A stretch of 64,000 bases of DNA from an uncultured archaeon (GTDB lineage Archaea > Asgardarchaeota > Lokiarchaeia > Sigyniarchaeales > SOKP01), in the NCBI GenBank assembly GCA_964388035.1, contig CAYLZE010000012.1, positions 13,567 through 77,566 of the forward strand, written 5' to 3'. This document shows positions 30,324-39,612 of this stretch, piece by piece. Position 1 is the stretch's first letter, and every line of letters begins with the position of its first letter. The notes beneath the pieces were generated by a model, which was given only the letters and a program-made list of their open reading frames with translations, was not told the DNA's origin and did not search any database. A program made the translations under genes and the position numbers.

Positions 30324-31574
30324 TTACCCATCAATTATTCTATATATCTCATCCACGATTTTTAATGCCCCGAAAAACGAAGAGTTGAAAGATACGGCAA
30401 CATTTAAAATCGTACATAATGGTTCTCCCTTAAAAGCTTTCTTTTTTGGAATCGTTTTATCGTGAATGTTCGGTAAATTATTAATTCGTTCTATTGATTC
30501 TTCTGATATCGTTTTAGGAGCAAAAAATATGAACTTGGTGGCAAATTGTGCAGGTACATAGGTGTTTAGCATATTGACGATTCCATCCCATTGATTCAAG
30601 TCAAATGATTTAACATGCAAATCCATGAGATTCAAGCTCATTGCACTTTCTGAAACATTTATGGAACCGGGGATTCTAGGATTTATTTCCATGAAATAAG
30701 GAACATGATTTCTTAATACAAAATCAAAACCGTTAATCCCCTTCAGTCCTAGATGCTTGGATAAATATAATGAAATTTCAGCAATTTGTCGTTCATCGCT
30801 TTTTAAGAGATTGCTTGGAACGATATTTCCACTGTACATGAATTCTTTTGGTGAATTCAAGCAACTTAATCCAATTACTTGGCGATTAACGGTAATTACA
30901 TTACTTTGTGCTCCATTCGAGATAGTAGTACAGCTCACAGGTATACCTTCTATATACTCTTGAACTAACCATTCGTTAGCATTAAACTTATTTACCTTCA
31001 GGCTTTCCACTATAAAATCCAAAGATTGCTTATTATCCACTCTATATACATTCACTCCGCCCGCACCTGTCCTTTTTTTTAGAACTAGCGGAAAATTAAA
31101 AATATTCTCCTTTTCTAAAAAAAGATCAAAGGGAATAGTTTTGGGAGCGTGATATCCTTCTTTTTTAAGTATTACATGAAGAAACTCCAAATTCCTTGCT
31201 TTTTTAATAATATCGGTCGCATTATTGACAAATTTTGCTTTTAAATGTTGAGTTATTATTGATTTTTGTATCATTTCTCTTTCTTCTGAAGCATCATCTA
31301 ACCCACTTCCGATAATCAAAAAATCAATATTTGAATTTTCCTTCATCATATCAATAGCATACAAGGCTAAGAATTTACCATACTCTTGCTTGAGAAGGTT
31401 ATAGTTCTTACCTACTTCTTCCGTGAGAATTTTATAATCTTTAACCAGCGGAAAAAGATCTAAATCTCCGAAAAAATCCACTACATATACTTCATAACCT
31501 GCTTTATGAAGAGATTCAACCAGGGGACGAGAGTTAAATCCAACGACTAAAACAGACGATTTCTCTTTATTCAT
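30324..31574 (-). CDS. ATP-grasp ligase (archaeal COG2232-like, possibly C1-cofactor biosynthesis)
   Basis: DFFGDLD, GAGG, QEYIEG, NGFDF, EINPR. Confidence 0.8.
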   Translation of the reverse strand: MNKEKSSVLVVGFNSRPLVESLHKAGYEVYVVDFFGDLDLFPLVKDYKILTEEVGKNYNLLKQEYGKFLALYAIDMMKENSNIDFLIIGSGLDDASEEREMIQKSIITQHLKAKFVNNATDIIKKARNLEFLHVILKKEGYHAPKTIPFDLFLEKENIFNFPLVLKKRTGAGGVNVYRVDNKQSLDFIVESLKVNKFNANEWLVQEYIEGIPVSCTTISNGAQSNVITVNRQVIGLSCLNSPKEFMYSGNIVPSNLLKSDERQIAEISLYLSKHLGLKGINGFDFVLRNHVPYFMEINPRIPGSINVSESAMSLNLMDLHVKSFDLNQWDGIVNMLNTYVPAQFATKFIFFAPKTISEESIERINNLPNIHDKTIPKKKAFKGEPLCTILNVAVSFNSSFFGALKIVDEIYRIIDG

Positions 31575-31636
31575 GGATCAAGTTACTTTATTTACCATAA
31601 AAGGATAAGAACAATTTAAAAAGTACCTAATAATTT

Positions 31637-33841
31637 TTATAATATTTTCTTCAGCTCTAAAATAAGAGAGCTGGGATTGTATCTATCAAATTGATAAATA
31701 TCTGCATTATATTTTTTGAAATTCTTTTTAATTTGTTCGGCAGAATATGGATGAACTCCTAAGGCGCGGGTGGCTTGAGACTTCTTAGGTTCAAGTACCA
31801 CCGTATAAATCTTTTGCTGCGCTATTTTTTTGGCAAGATCTTTTAATTCTTCAATAATTAGAATGTAATCGGATTCTACTTGTGCCACGAGGTCTGGATA
31901 TTTTACAGAAATATTTGCTCCCATATCACTACAAATGAAAATTACGGGAATGATATTTCTATTCTTAAGCTTCTCAATTTTAATAAGTCTTAAACATTCA
32001 TTTAACCCTGCCGCCATGGGAGTATAGGACCTTCCTTCAATATTCTTCAACTTTCTTAAAGCATTCTTGAAAGAAACTGTGGGTTTCTGTAAAACGATGG
32101 AGTCTTTCCCCCGAAATACAATTAATGAAATTTTATCCCGCTTTCTGTATCCTTCTTTCTGAAGAGAAAGAATTACATCCGTCATTTGTTTTATAACGTA
32201 ATACATCGAAGCGGAACTATCGAGTACAAAAAAGAGTGCTAAAGGGGCTCGATATTCAAAGATCTTATCCATGAGATCTTTTTCATCAAATCTCAGTGGA
32301 AATTGGATTTCCGATTGATTATAAATCTTATTCTTTAAATGACTACGTATGGTGGCGTCCAATGCCAACCTTTTGGGCTGATGATTTAATGGTCTTCTAT
32401 AGGTCACGTACCTTCCTTTTTGAGATGATACCATTTTTATGCGTCGTCCTATTCCCCGTCCTCCATAGTTGGAAATTTTACGATCTTTTCGAATATTATC
32501 TAAAATGGAGGTCATCTTTTTTTCCATGCTATATATTAAGGGCATGGCATCCATTTTGTTCTCATAAAATTTAAAGGTCTCCTTTTCGGTTGGGACCTTC
32601 TTTACTTTCCATCCTCCAGCAGGAGTCGCATTCCTTTTCTTCTCATCAGGATATTTGGGAGAAGGTAATTTTTGTTCTTTCGTCTCAGGAATATCTACTT
32701 TCTCAGGATCAACGGGTTGTCGTTGAAATTCCTTTTGAGGCTCATCAGTATGCTTTAATGGTCCTTCTGTCTCTCTATTTGGCTGATAAACTTTCAAATC
32801 TTCTATTGCTTCTTGAATTTTCCCATAAACTTCCGCTATTTTAGCTTCAATCTCTTCGGGGGTCATCTCATAATGCAAGGACTTTATTCTATGTTCAAAA
32901 ACTAAATCCATTGCGATGTTCATGTCCTCTTGATTAATAATCCTTCTTCCGTTAAAGGCAGCATGAGCACGAGCACAGCGCACATAGGTAATGTCAGCCC
33001 TTTGAGAAAAGATATCCAATTCATTAACTATCTTTGAAATCAGTTCATAAACAGCATTCGGAATTTCTACATCTTTTATGATTTCTCGTGCTTTACTAAT
33101 TTTATTTCGCAATTCTTCTTGATCTTTTTCGTACTTCTTTATAAATTCCCTGGGATTATCATGAAACTCGATTACTCTACGTGTTATTTCTGCTCTTAGT
33201 TTGGGGTCTCGCGGAGACACAATCTTGACTTCCAGTCCCAATCTATCTGCTATTTGGGGCCTTAATTCTCCTTCTTCAGGATTCATGCTTCCCACCAATA
33301 CGAATCGAGAGGGATGCATGACAGAAATCCCCTCTCTTTCTATGATATTAACTCCAGAAGCTGCTGAGTCTAAGAGCGTATCCACGATATGATCTTGGAG
33401 CAAGTTAATTTCATCTATATAGAGTATTCCACGATTTGCTTTAGCCAATAATCCTGGATGCAATTCCGATACTCCTTTTGAAAGAACTTTTTCAATAGAA
33501 AGAGAACCACAAACCATATCTTCCGTTACTCCAAGAGGTAGATTGATAAGTTCCATCTCCCTTGACTCTAATGCTAATTGTCCGTTTTCCTCCTTTTTCT
33601 TACACTCATCGCATAATTCCTCTAAATTCGAATTAGGATCGCATGAAAAAGGACAATCTTGAACAACTTCAATTTGAGGCATAATATCCACCAAGGATCT
33701 CACTGCTGTAGATTTACCCGTGCCTTGATGCCCACTTAGAAGTACCCCCCCGATCTGAGGATCAAGCACATTCAAAATTAAGGCCATTTTTAACCTATCT
33801 TGTCCCAATATCGCAGAAAAGGGGAAATTTATTTTTTTCAT
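31637..33841 (-). CDS. Chelatase ChlI/ChlD-like AAA+ ATPase fused to VWA domain
   Basis: FPFSAILGQ, GHQGTGKS, PGLLAKANRGILYIDEINLL, MNPEEGELRPQ; MIDAS DSSASM. Confidence 0.9.
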   Translation of the reverse strand: MKKINFPFSAILGQDRLKMALILNVLDPQIGGVLLSGHQGTGKSTAVRSLVDIMPQIEVVQDCPFSCDPNSNLEELCDECKKKEENGQLALESREMELINLPLGVTEDMVCGSLSIEKVLSKGVSELHPGLLAKANRGILYIDEINLLQDHIVDTLLDSAASGVNIIEREGISVMHPSRFVLVGSMNPEEGELRPQIADRLGLEVKIVSPRDPKLRAEITRRVIEFHDNPREFIKKYEKDQEELRNKISKAREIIKDVEIPNAVYELISKIVNELDIFSQRADITYVRCARAHAAFNGRRIINQEDMNIAMDLVFEHRIKSLHYEMTPEEIEAKIAEVYGKIQEAIEDLKVYQPNRETEGPLKHTDEPQKEFQRQPVDPEKVDIPETKEQKLPSPKYPDEKKRNATPAGGWKVKKVPTEKETFKFYENKMDAMPLIYSMEKKMTSILDNIRKDRKISNYGGRGIGRRIKMVSSQKGRYVTYRRPLNHQPKRLALDATIRSHLKNKIYNQSEIQFPLRFDEKDLMDKIFEYRAPLALFFVLDSSASMYYVIKQMTDVILSLQKEGYRKRDKISLIVFRGKDSIVLQKPTVSFKNALRKLKNIEGRSYTPMAAGLNECLRLIKIEKLKNRNIIPVIFICSDMGANISVKYPDLVAQVESDYILIIEELKDLAKKIAQQKIYTVVLEPKKSQATRALGVHPYSAEQIKKNFKKYNADIYQFDRYNPSSLILELKKIL

Positions 33842-34092
33842 TTTTCAAATCAATTAATAATTAATTTATCTCCTTTAAAGCTTCTGAAAAGAAAACCCAA
33901 TGCAATTCAAGAAGACCTTTCCAATAAAAATTAGGAGAACAAAAAACATTTTGCTTAATGAAAAAAATTAAAATTAGGTTAACAATTTTATGGATACGTG
34001 ATTCAAATTTTAGCCAATTCAATATAAGATATTTGAAAATATAAAGATTTTAATTGAAGGTGTTTTGGTAGTTCCTATTTTAAATCACGTGA

Positions 34093-35055
34093 TTAAAATA
34101 ATTTTGAAATTTCAGTAATTTTTAGTTCTAATCCTGAAACGGTCTCATCCCATTGGTGCAAGACTTCCTCGAGTTGAGGAATTACGCTCTCTCTTTCTTT
34201 ATACTCCAAATAACTCATGAAAGATTTTATATGATCAATTTGAATAAAAGTCTCCGCTACATATTTGTTGATATCTTTTTTTTGGTTTTCTAAAACCTCT
34301 GTTACTCTGGTGGATTCACCTTTTCTCACGAGAGTTTTCAAGTACTCTTCTGTCCCAAGGAGCATCGAATCCAACTTATTTATCCTCTCATTCACATAAT
34401 TTCGATAAAAATCAATGATGTTATCGCGAGGGAAAAAATTTGTCACGTCGATGATTAACCGCTGTGCTTCAAGGATCATTTTTTCTGGACTTTCAAAACC
34501 TTCAATTTTATATTCGATTTCGTGAAAATTACTTTTTTCATTATTTGCATCTTCTAAACGAAAGATTTTAAATCCCGGATCCTTCTCCAATTTTTTAACA
34601 GGATCTCCCTTTCTGTTTGGTAATTCTTCTTGTTTTAATAAGCGCTCATGATTAAATACCAATGAAATTGCTAAAGGATTTATGCTCTGATAAGATAATG
34701 TAGTTTTTCTATCTCCAAATCCTGAGAGCATGACCTTGAATCCGGGATGGCTATGCCACCAACCTATCACAAATTCATCCCTGGAATAGGCTTCATCTTC
34801 AATCATTGTCGTAGAAATATAATCCTCGTCCGACCACACGTATCTATCAACAACCGCATTTGGATCATATGTTTCATGCATGATAGGATATGCTTCACTA
34901 ACGATTACATCTTCCTTTTTTTTCTTTCCCACATTCTTACCAATAAAGATACCGTTTGCCTCTAACCATTGCTCCTTGGGAATCTTCTTATTTGCAAAGC
35001 GAACACATGCTGCAACAATTGTAAAATATACCGATTTAGGAATAATAACTGTCAT
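34093..35055 (-). CDS. MPN/JAB domain + helical/coiled-coil tail protein (variant JAMM motif)
   Basis: EANG, GWWHSHPGFKVMLSGFGD. Start moved to the ATG at 35055 (MTVIIP) because it aligns with the paralogue N-termini. Confidence 0.85.
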   Translation of the reverse strand: MTVIIPKSVYFTIVAACVRFANKKIPKEQWLEANGIFIGKNVGKKKKEDVIVSEAYPIMHETYDPNAVVDRYVWSDEDYISTTMIEDEAYSRDEFVIGWWHSHPGFKVMLSGFGDRKTTLSYQSINPLAISLVFNHERLLKQEELPNRKGDPVKKLEKDPGFKIFRLEDANNEKSNFHEIEYKIEGFESPEKMILEAQRLIIDVTNFFPRDNIIDFYRNYVNERINKLDSMLLGTEEYLKTLVRKGESTRVTEVLENQKKDINKYVAETFIQIDHIKSFMSYLEYKERESVIPQLEEVLHQWDETVSGLELKITEISKLF

Positions 35056-35238
35056 GATTTTTTTATAAAAATATTCATTTTCTCTAAACTTAATATAATT
35101 GATTGTCTTTTTATTTTTTTTCAAATGAATAAGAGAAAAGCCAAAAATTATTTATAGATTAATTTCTATCTAATTAGTAATATTTAGTTCATATTTGTTC
35201 TATCATCGATTAAGAAAAGAGTGAATAAATTGGTTGAG

Positions 35239-35919
35239 ATGGGATTTGCACCGCTGAGTACAGCTTTAGGTATAGCGGGAACATCATATTTAGTACAATT
35301 AGGATTAATTAATGAGAAATGGGCAGCACGGGTTTTAAAAGGTCGAGATGTTATCGATTCATATGTATTTAAAGATGAAGACATTGATGCTGACCGACCA
35401 AACTCAAACATTATTGTTGGTTGGATATTGCGTACCATAACACTTCCAAATATCAATCCTTACGGTGTAATGAAAACGGTTCAAGCTTTATTAAAACAAG
35501 CAGTCGATAAAAAAGATAAGCATCGCATGTCCGCTCCAATATCTGAAACCCAACATGTTAAGTTAGAGCAAGTTCCACAAAATGAGTTAAAGAGACCTGC
35601 AGTTCAAGGGACGGTGGTAGATGATTCTAAAAGCGAGCAGGATAAACGTGACGCTTTTAAGCAGAAAGTTTTATTTTCTCGAGAACAGGAACCACCATTT
35701 GCCTCGACTACCACGTCAACCACGACTACCTCCCGCAAGCTCCCTTCTATACCGTCGGCTTCTTCCTCAGATAACGAATCTATCCCTTTCGCTACCCAAA
35801 CTGGTGCCGCAGAATCATCTAAACAAGGTGAAAAAGGATCAAAATTCTGTCCTTACTGTGGGGGTAATCTAAATTGGCACTATTGTCCTTATTGCGGCAA
35901 GAAATTGCCACACGAGTAA
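35239..35919 (+). CDS. Hypothetical protein: globular N-domain, S/T-rich linker, C-terminal double CxxC zinc ribbon
   Basis: FCPYCG...YCPYCG at the C-terminus; ATG at 35239 preferred over GTG at 35221. Confidence 0.8.
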   Translation: MGFAPLSTALGIAGTSYLVQLGLINEKWAARVLKGRDVIDSYVFKDEDIDADRPNSNIIVGWILRTITLPNINPYGVMKTVQALLKQAVDKKDKHRMSAPISETQHVKLEQVPQNELKRPAVQGTVVDDSKSEQDKRDAFKQKVLFSREQEPPFASTTTSTTTTSRKLPSIPSASSSDNESIPFATQTGAAESSKQGEKGSKFCPYCGGNLNWHYCPYCGKKLPHE

Positions 35920-36054
35920 TTTTAAGTTAACTTTTCCTTCTCTCTTTTTTGGATTTTTAAATAAAAATTTTATAAATTAAAGATTTATATCGAATTCTTT
36001 ATATATATGATAGATACTGATCTGGATAAATTAGAATTAAGATAATGAAGCGGG

Positions 36055-37593
36055 TTGGATTTGCGAGATAAATCGTTAGTGATTATAAAACCGAAAGCAT
36101 TTTATAAAATGCTAGTTCACGTGCTTAGATTTGGTAATAAAGTGAGGGATAAAAACCAATATGAAGAGGGCTCCGTTGAGGTGATGGGCATGTTAATCGG
36201 GAGGTTGGAAGGTGATGAGGAGCCAAAAAACGTGATCGTGGATGATGCTATCCCCATATCACACGGAGGTTCAATTGAGGTCTCCTTTACAATTGAAGAT
36301 TATGCCACTTTTACAGATATTGAATATAAAATAACCCAAAAATATCCTGATTTATTTAATGTGGGATGGTATCATAGTCATCCTAATCTTGGTCTCTTCT
36401 TCTCGGGAACAGATATTAAAAATCAAATGGGATTTCGTTTTCCAAGTTCAATTGGAATTGTTTTTGACCATAGCTTGTTCATGACAAGTGAAGAAGAGTT
36501 AGGATTCAAAACTTTTAGGCTGAATGATTTTTCAAAAGTGACACCATCCAATTATCATGAAGTGAAAACAATAATTGAACCGCCCGATTCTCTTGATTTT
36601 TATGTCAACTTGATTAATCTCTTTAATGCTATTCATTTAAAACAGCTTCCTATTTTAGAAGCAAGCGAAACACCTGATTTAATTGGAGAAATTAGTATTC
36701 CTAATCAAGACCAATTGAAATCGAAAAAACCCATAATCCATTCAGAAGAGCTTCTTGAGCAAGTGAAAAAGGGAATAAACGGATTCATGGAGACTTCCTT
36801 GAAACCTATTTTTGAATTTTTAAATGAGTGGAGTCAAAAGATCCTGGTAGAAATTATCAAGAATAATATCGTCATGAGAGAGAATTTAGGCGAAATCATC
36901 GAGATAATAAAAATGGGATTTTCTAATTTATATAAATCAATAAAAACTATAACTTCAGATCATCTGAGTCAGCTATTCACGATATTTGATTATCAAAGTG
37001 ATTTAATTCAAGAACATCAAGTTGATTCGCAGAAAGAAATGGAAGAATTAAGAACTGAAATAATGGAGACAGTTAATTCCTTCGTACAAAATAACCTCAT
37101 GAATCCCTTTAATGAGAAGTTAGAAAATATTGGAGTCAATTTAGAACAAATGGGAAAAATGAATACAAATTTGAGAGATATGGATAAAAATATTGAATCT
37201 TTCCAAAATGAATTAAAGGGCTTAAGTGGGAAATTCTCTTTATTTAATTCTACATTCAATAAATCTATTGATGATAATAAAACCTCATATCAAGAAATAA
37301 GAGAGAATAATTTAAAAATATTAGAAGAAAAATTTGATAAAGTTGATGAACACATTGATATCCTTGAAGATTATTTGGTAAATATATCTAAAGAGATAAA
37401 AAATGCTATTCAAAAGATAAAAACTAAAATTCACGATTATAAACAAGAAAAATCTTCTTTGGAAGAAAAAATGAAAGCTTTAACAGGGGAAAGGAATGCA
37501 CTTGATAAGGATCTCAAAAAAACAAAAGAGATGATAAATGAATTAAATTCACGATTAGAAAGGGCTGATATTAAAGGAGGTAGTAAAGACTAA
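36055..37593 (+). CDS. MPN+ (JAMM) metalloprotease domain + long coiled coil
   Basis: EVMG; GWYHSHPNLGLFFSGTD is the canonical H-x-H-x7-S-x2-D; about 280-aa helical tail. Confidence 0.9.
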   Translation: MDLRDKSLVIIKPKAFYKMLVHVLRFGNKVRDKNQYEEGSVEVMGMLIGRLEGDEEPKNVIVDDAIPISHGGSIEVSFTIEDYATFTDIEYKITQKYPDLFNVGWYHSHPNLGLFFSGTDIKNQMGFRFPSSIGIVFDHSLFMTSEEELGFKTFRLNDFSKVTPSNYHEVKTIIEPPDSLDFYVNLINLFNAIHLKQLPILEASETPDLIGEISIPNQDQLKSKKPIIHSEELLEQVKKGINGFMETSLKPIFEFLNEWSQKILVEIIKNNIVMRENLGEIIEIIKMGFSNLYKSIKTITSDHLSQLFTIFDYQSDLIQEHQVDSQKEMEELRTEIMETVNSFVQNNLMNPFNEKLENIGVNLEQMGKMNTNLRDMDKNIESFQNELKGLSGKFSLFNSTFNKSIDDNKTSYQEIRENNLKILEEKFDKVDEHIDILEDYLVNISKEIKNAIQKIKTKIHDYKQEKSSLEEKMKALTGERNALDKDLKKTKEMINELNSRLERADIKGGSKD

Positions 37594-38933
37594 TGCAAGA
37601 AGCCAAAATCTTAATTTCTAAAAATGCATTCCATAAAATGTTATCTCACGCATCAAGACATGGAAGTCCTGCCTTAAAAGAGAGATTTAATGTAGTGGGG
37701 GCATGCATTGGAAAAAAAGACCCTAAAACTAAAGATCTAATTGTATCAGAGATCGTACCATTGATTCATGGAGAGCTCATTAATAAATCCCGTCCTAATA
37801 TAAACACCAATCAGCTAGAAAATGTAAAAGCCCAATATATTAAAGAAAATCTTTCTATTATTGGTTGGTATCATTCGATCCTAGAAGGAGAATTGAAATT
37901 TCAAGGAATAAATAAAGATATTCATGTATTATTTCAAAATGAAGAAAAGCCTTCGGGATTCTGCGTGCTCTTTAACCCTTTTCAATCAGAAAGCTCAGTT
38001 CCATTTAGAATTAAGGCATTTCGATTAAATGACATAAAAGACCCCGATATGAACCAATTCCTGGAAATAGAAGTAAAGATAGAACCTCCTAATAGTTTAG
38101 AATATTTTAAATGGATAAAAGATATAATGGAACTTAGAGAAAGTAAAAGTCTAACCTTTATTGAAGAATTTTCTGGGGTTGAATCAATTTCTAAAAGTGA
38201 GTTACAACAAATACCTCAATCTTCTCTCCAAGAAACTCAAGAGAAATGGGAACAAACTGGTCCCATTTTTTCTAAGATTGAAGACGGATTTTCAATTTTT
38301 TTAACTTCTCTAAAACAATCTTTTGAAAAAGAATTTGACGACTGGTTGTCAAATTTAAATGAGGGGGCAACCAAAGGGGGTCGTTCTTTAATGGAAGCAA
38401 CCAATCAAATGAAAGAACAGATTTCTTCAGGAATAGAAAGAATTGAAAAATGGGGCTCTTCTCAAATTAAGGAAAATTTCAAGGAATATGAAGAGGAATT
38501 TGAAGTGATAAGGGAAAAAGAAAATAATTCAATTGAACAAGCAAAAATGCATTTATCAACTTGGAAAAAATCATCTGTAAATGATGTAGAAAAAATTATC
38601 ACTTCGAACTCTTCCCCTCTATTAGAACGTCTTACCAACATGGAAATAAAAAGTCAAGGTACCCAACAAGAACTCTCTTCAACATCTGAGGAATTATTTA
38701 ATAAATTAAATCAGATAAAAGAGAAAATAATGTCGACGAAAAATGAAATAGAAGCAACTCTCCCAAAAATGATAAAGAATGTTGAGGGAGATCTAGAAAG
38801 AGGGCGCCAAGAAATTAATGCTGTTTATGATAAAATAACAAATAAGTATGGGGATCTTGAAAAAAAACTTTCCATTATTGAATCATCCCTTAAATCTCTA
38901 CAAGAATTGATTTCCGAAATCGGAAAATTATAG
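37593..38933 (+). CDS. MPN- (catalytically degenerate) domain + long coiled coil
   Basis: NVVG in place of EVMG; GWYHSILEGELKFQGIN lacks the second His, Ser and Asp; IEPPNSLEY matches paralogue IEPPDSLDF; TAATG overlap. Confidence 0.85.
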   Translation: MQEAKILISKNAFHKMLSHASRHGSPALKERFNVVGACIGKKDPKTKDLIVSEIVPLIHGELINKSRPNINTNQLENVKAQYIKENLSIIGWYHSILEGELKFQGINKDIHVLFQNEEKPSGFCVLFNPFQSESSVPFRIKAFRLNDIKDPDMNQFLEIEVKIEPPNSLEYFKWIKDIMELRESKSLTFIEEFSGVESISKSELQQIPQSSLQETQEKWEQTGPIFSKIEDGFSIFLTSLKQSFEKEFDDWLSNLNEGATKGGRSLMEATNQMKEQISSGIERIEKWGSSQIKENFKEYEEEFEVIREKENNSIEQAKMHLSTWKKSSVNDVEKIITSNSSPLLERLTNMEIKSQGTQQELSSTSEELFNKLNQIKEKIMSTKNEIEATLPKMIKNVEGDLERGRQEINAVYDKITNKYGDLEKKLSIIESSLKSLQELISEIGKL

Positions 38934-38968
38934 ACCAAATTTTTTAAAAGGTTCTAATTATTATCTTG

Positions 38969-39235
38969 CTAAAAGAAGCGGAGCGAGTGGATTTTACTTT
39001 TATATAAAGCATATTTCGGTATATTGGTGGAAAGTCTTTTTAATTGATTATTCTTTGCTACTTTACTCAAAATTCTTCCAATTCTGTCGATTTTAATGTC
39101 CACACCGTAATTTTCCTTTAAAACTGAAGCAATTTTATAGGAAGATAAAATTACAACATCAGATACATTATTTGCAACCAATATTTCAATGGCTTTTTTT
39201 ATTAATGCAAGAAGCTTTTCTTTTTCTTTATCCAT
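38969..39235 (-). CDS. Small basic protein, likely winged-helix DNA-binding
   Basis: LSSYKIASVLKENYGVDIKIDRIGRILSK; probable start MDKEKEK at 39235. Confidence 0.55.
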   Translation of the reverse strand: MDKEKEKLLALIKKAIEILVANNVSDVVILSSYKIASVLKENYGVDIKIDRIGRILSKVAKNNQLKRLSTNIPKYALYKSKIHSLRFF

Positions 39236-39612
39236 AGTATACTTAGAATAAATGTTAGGATTATAATTAAATATATACACTAAACTTTTTAAAACTTATT
39301 ATCAAATTGAATGATTAGGGATTTTTTCTTGATGAGTTTATATGATACCTCGCTAGTGAGGATCGGTATTGTATAAAAATTTAAAAGGAATTTTTTTTTT
39401 AAACCATCGTTTCTTGATAAATCATACCCATGATCAATTTTCAATTTATTTGAAAAAGTTATTTATTCTCACAACCATATTATAATAAGATACATTATAA
39501 ATACTACATGAGAGTATTATTGGTAATGAATCATATTTCAAGGTAATAAATATATCAGATATAATCTTTATACAAAGTAGAATATATTTTAATTAGGAGA
39601 GTAAAGCACAAC

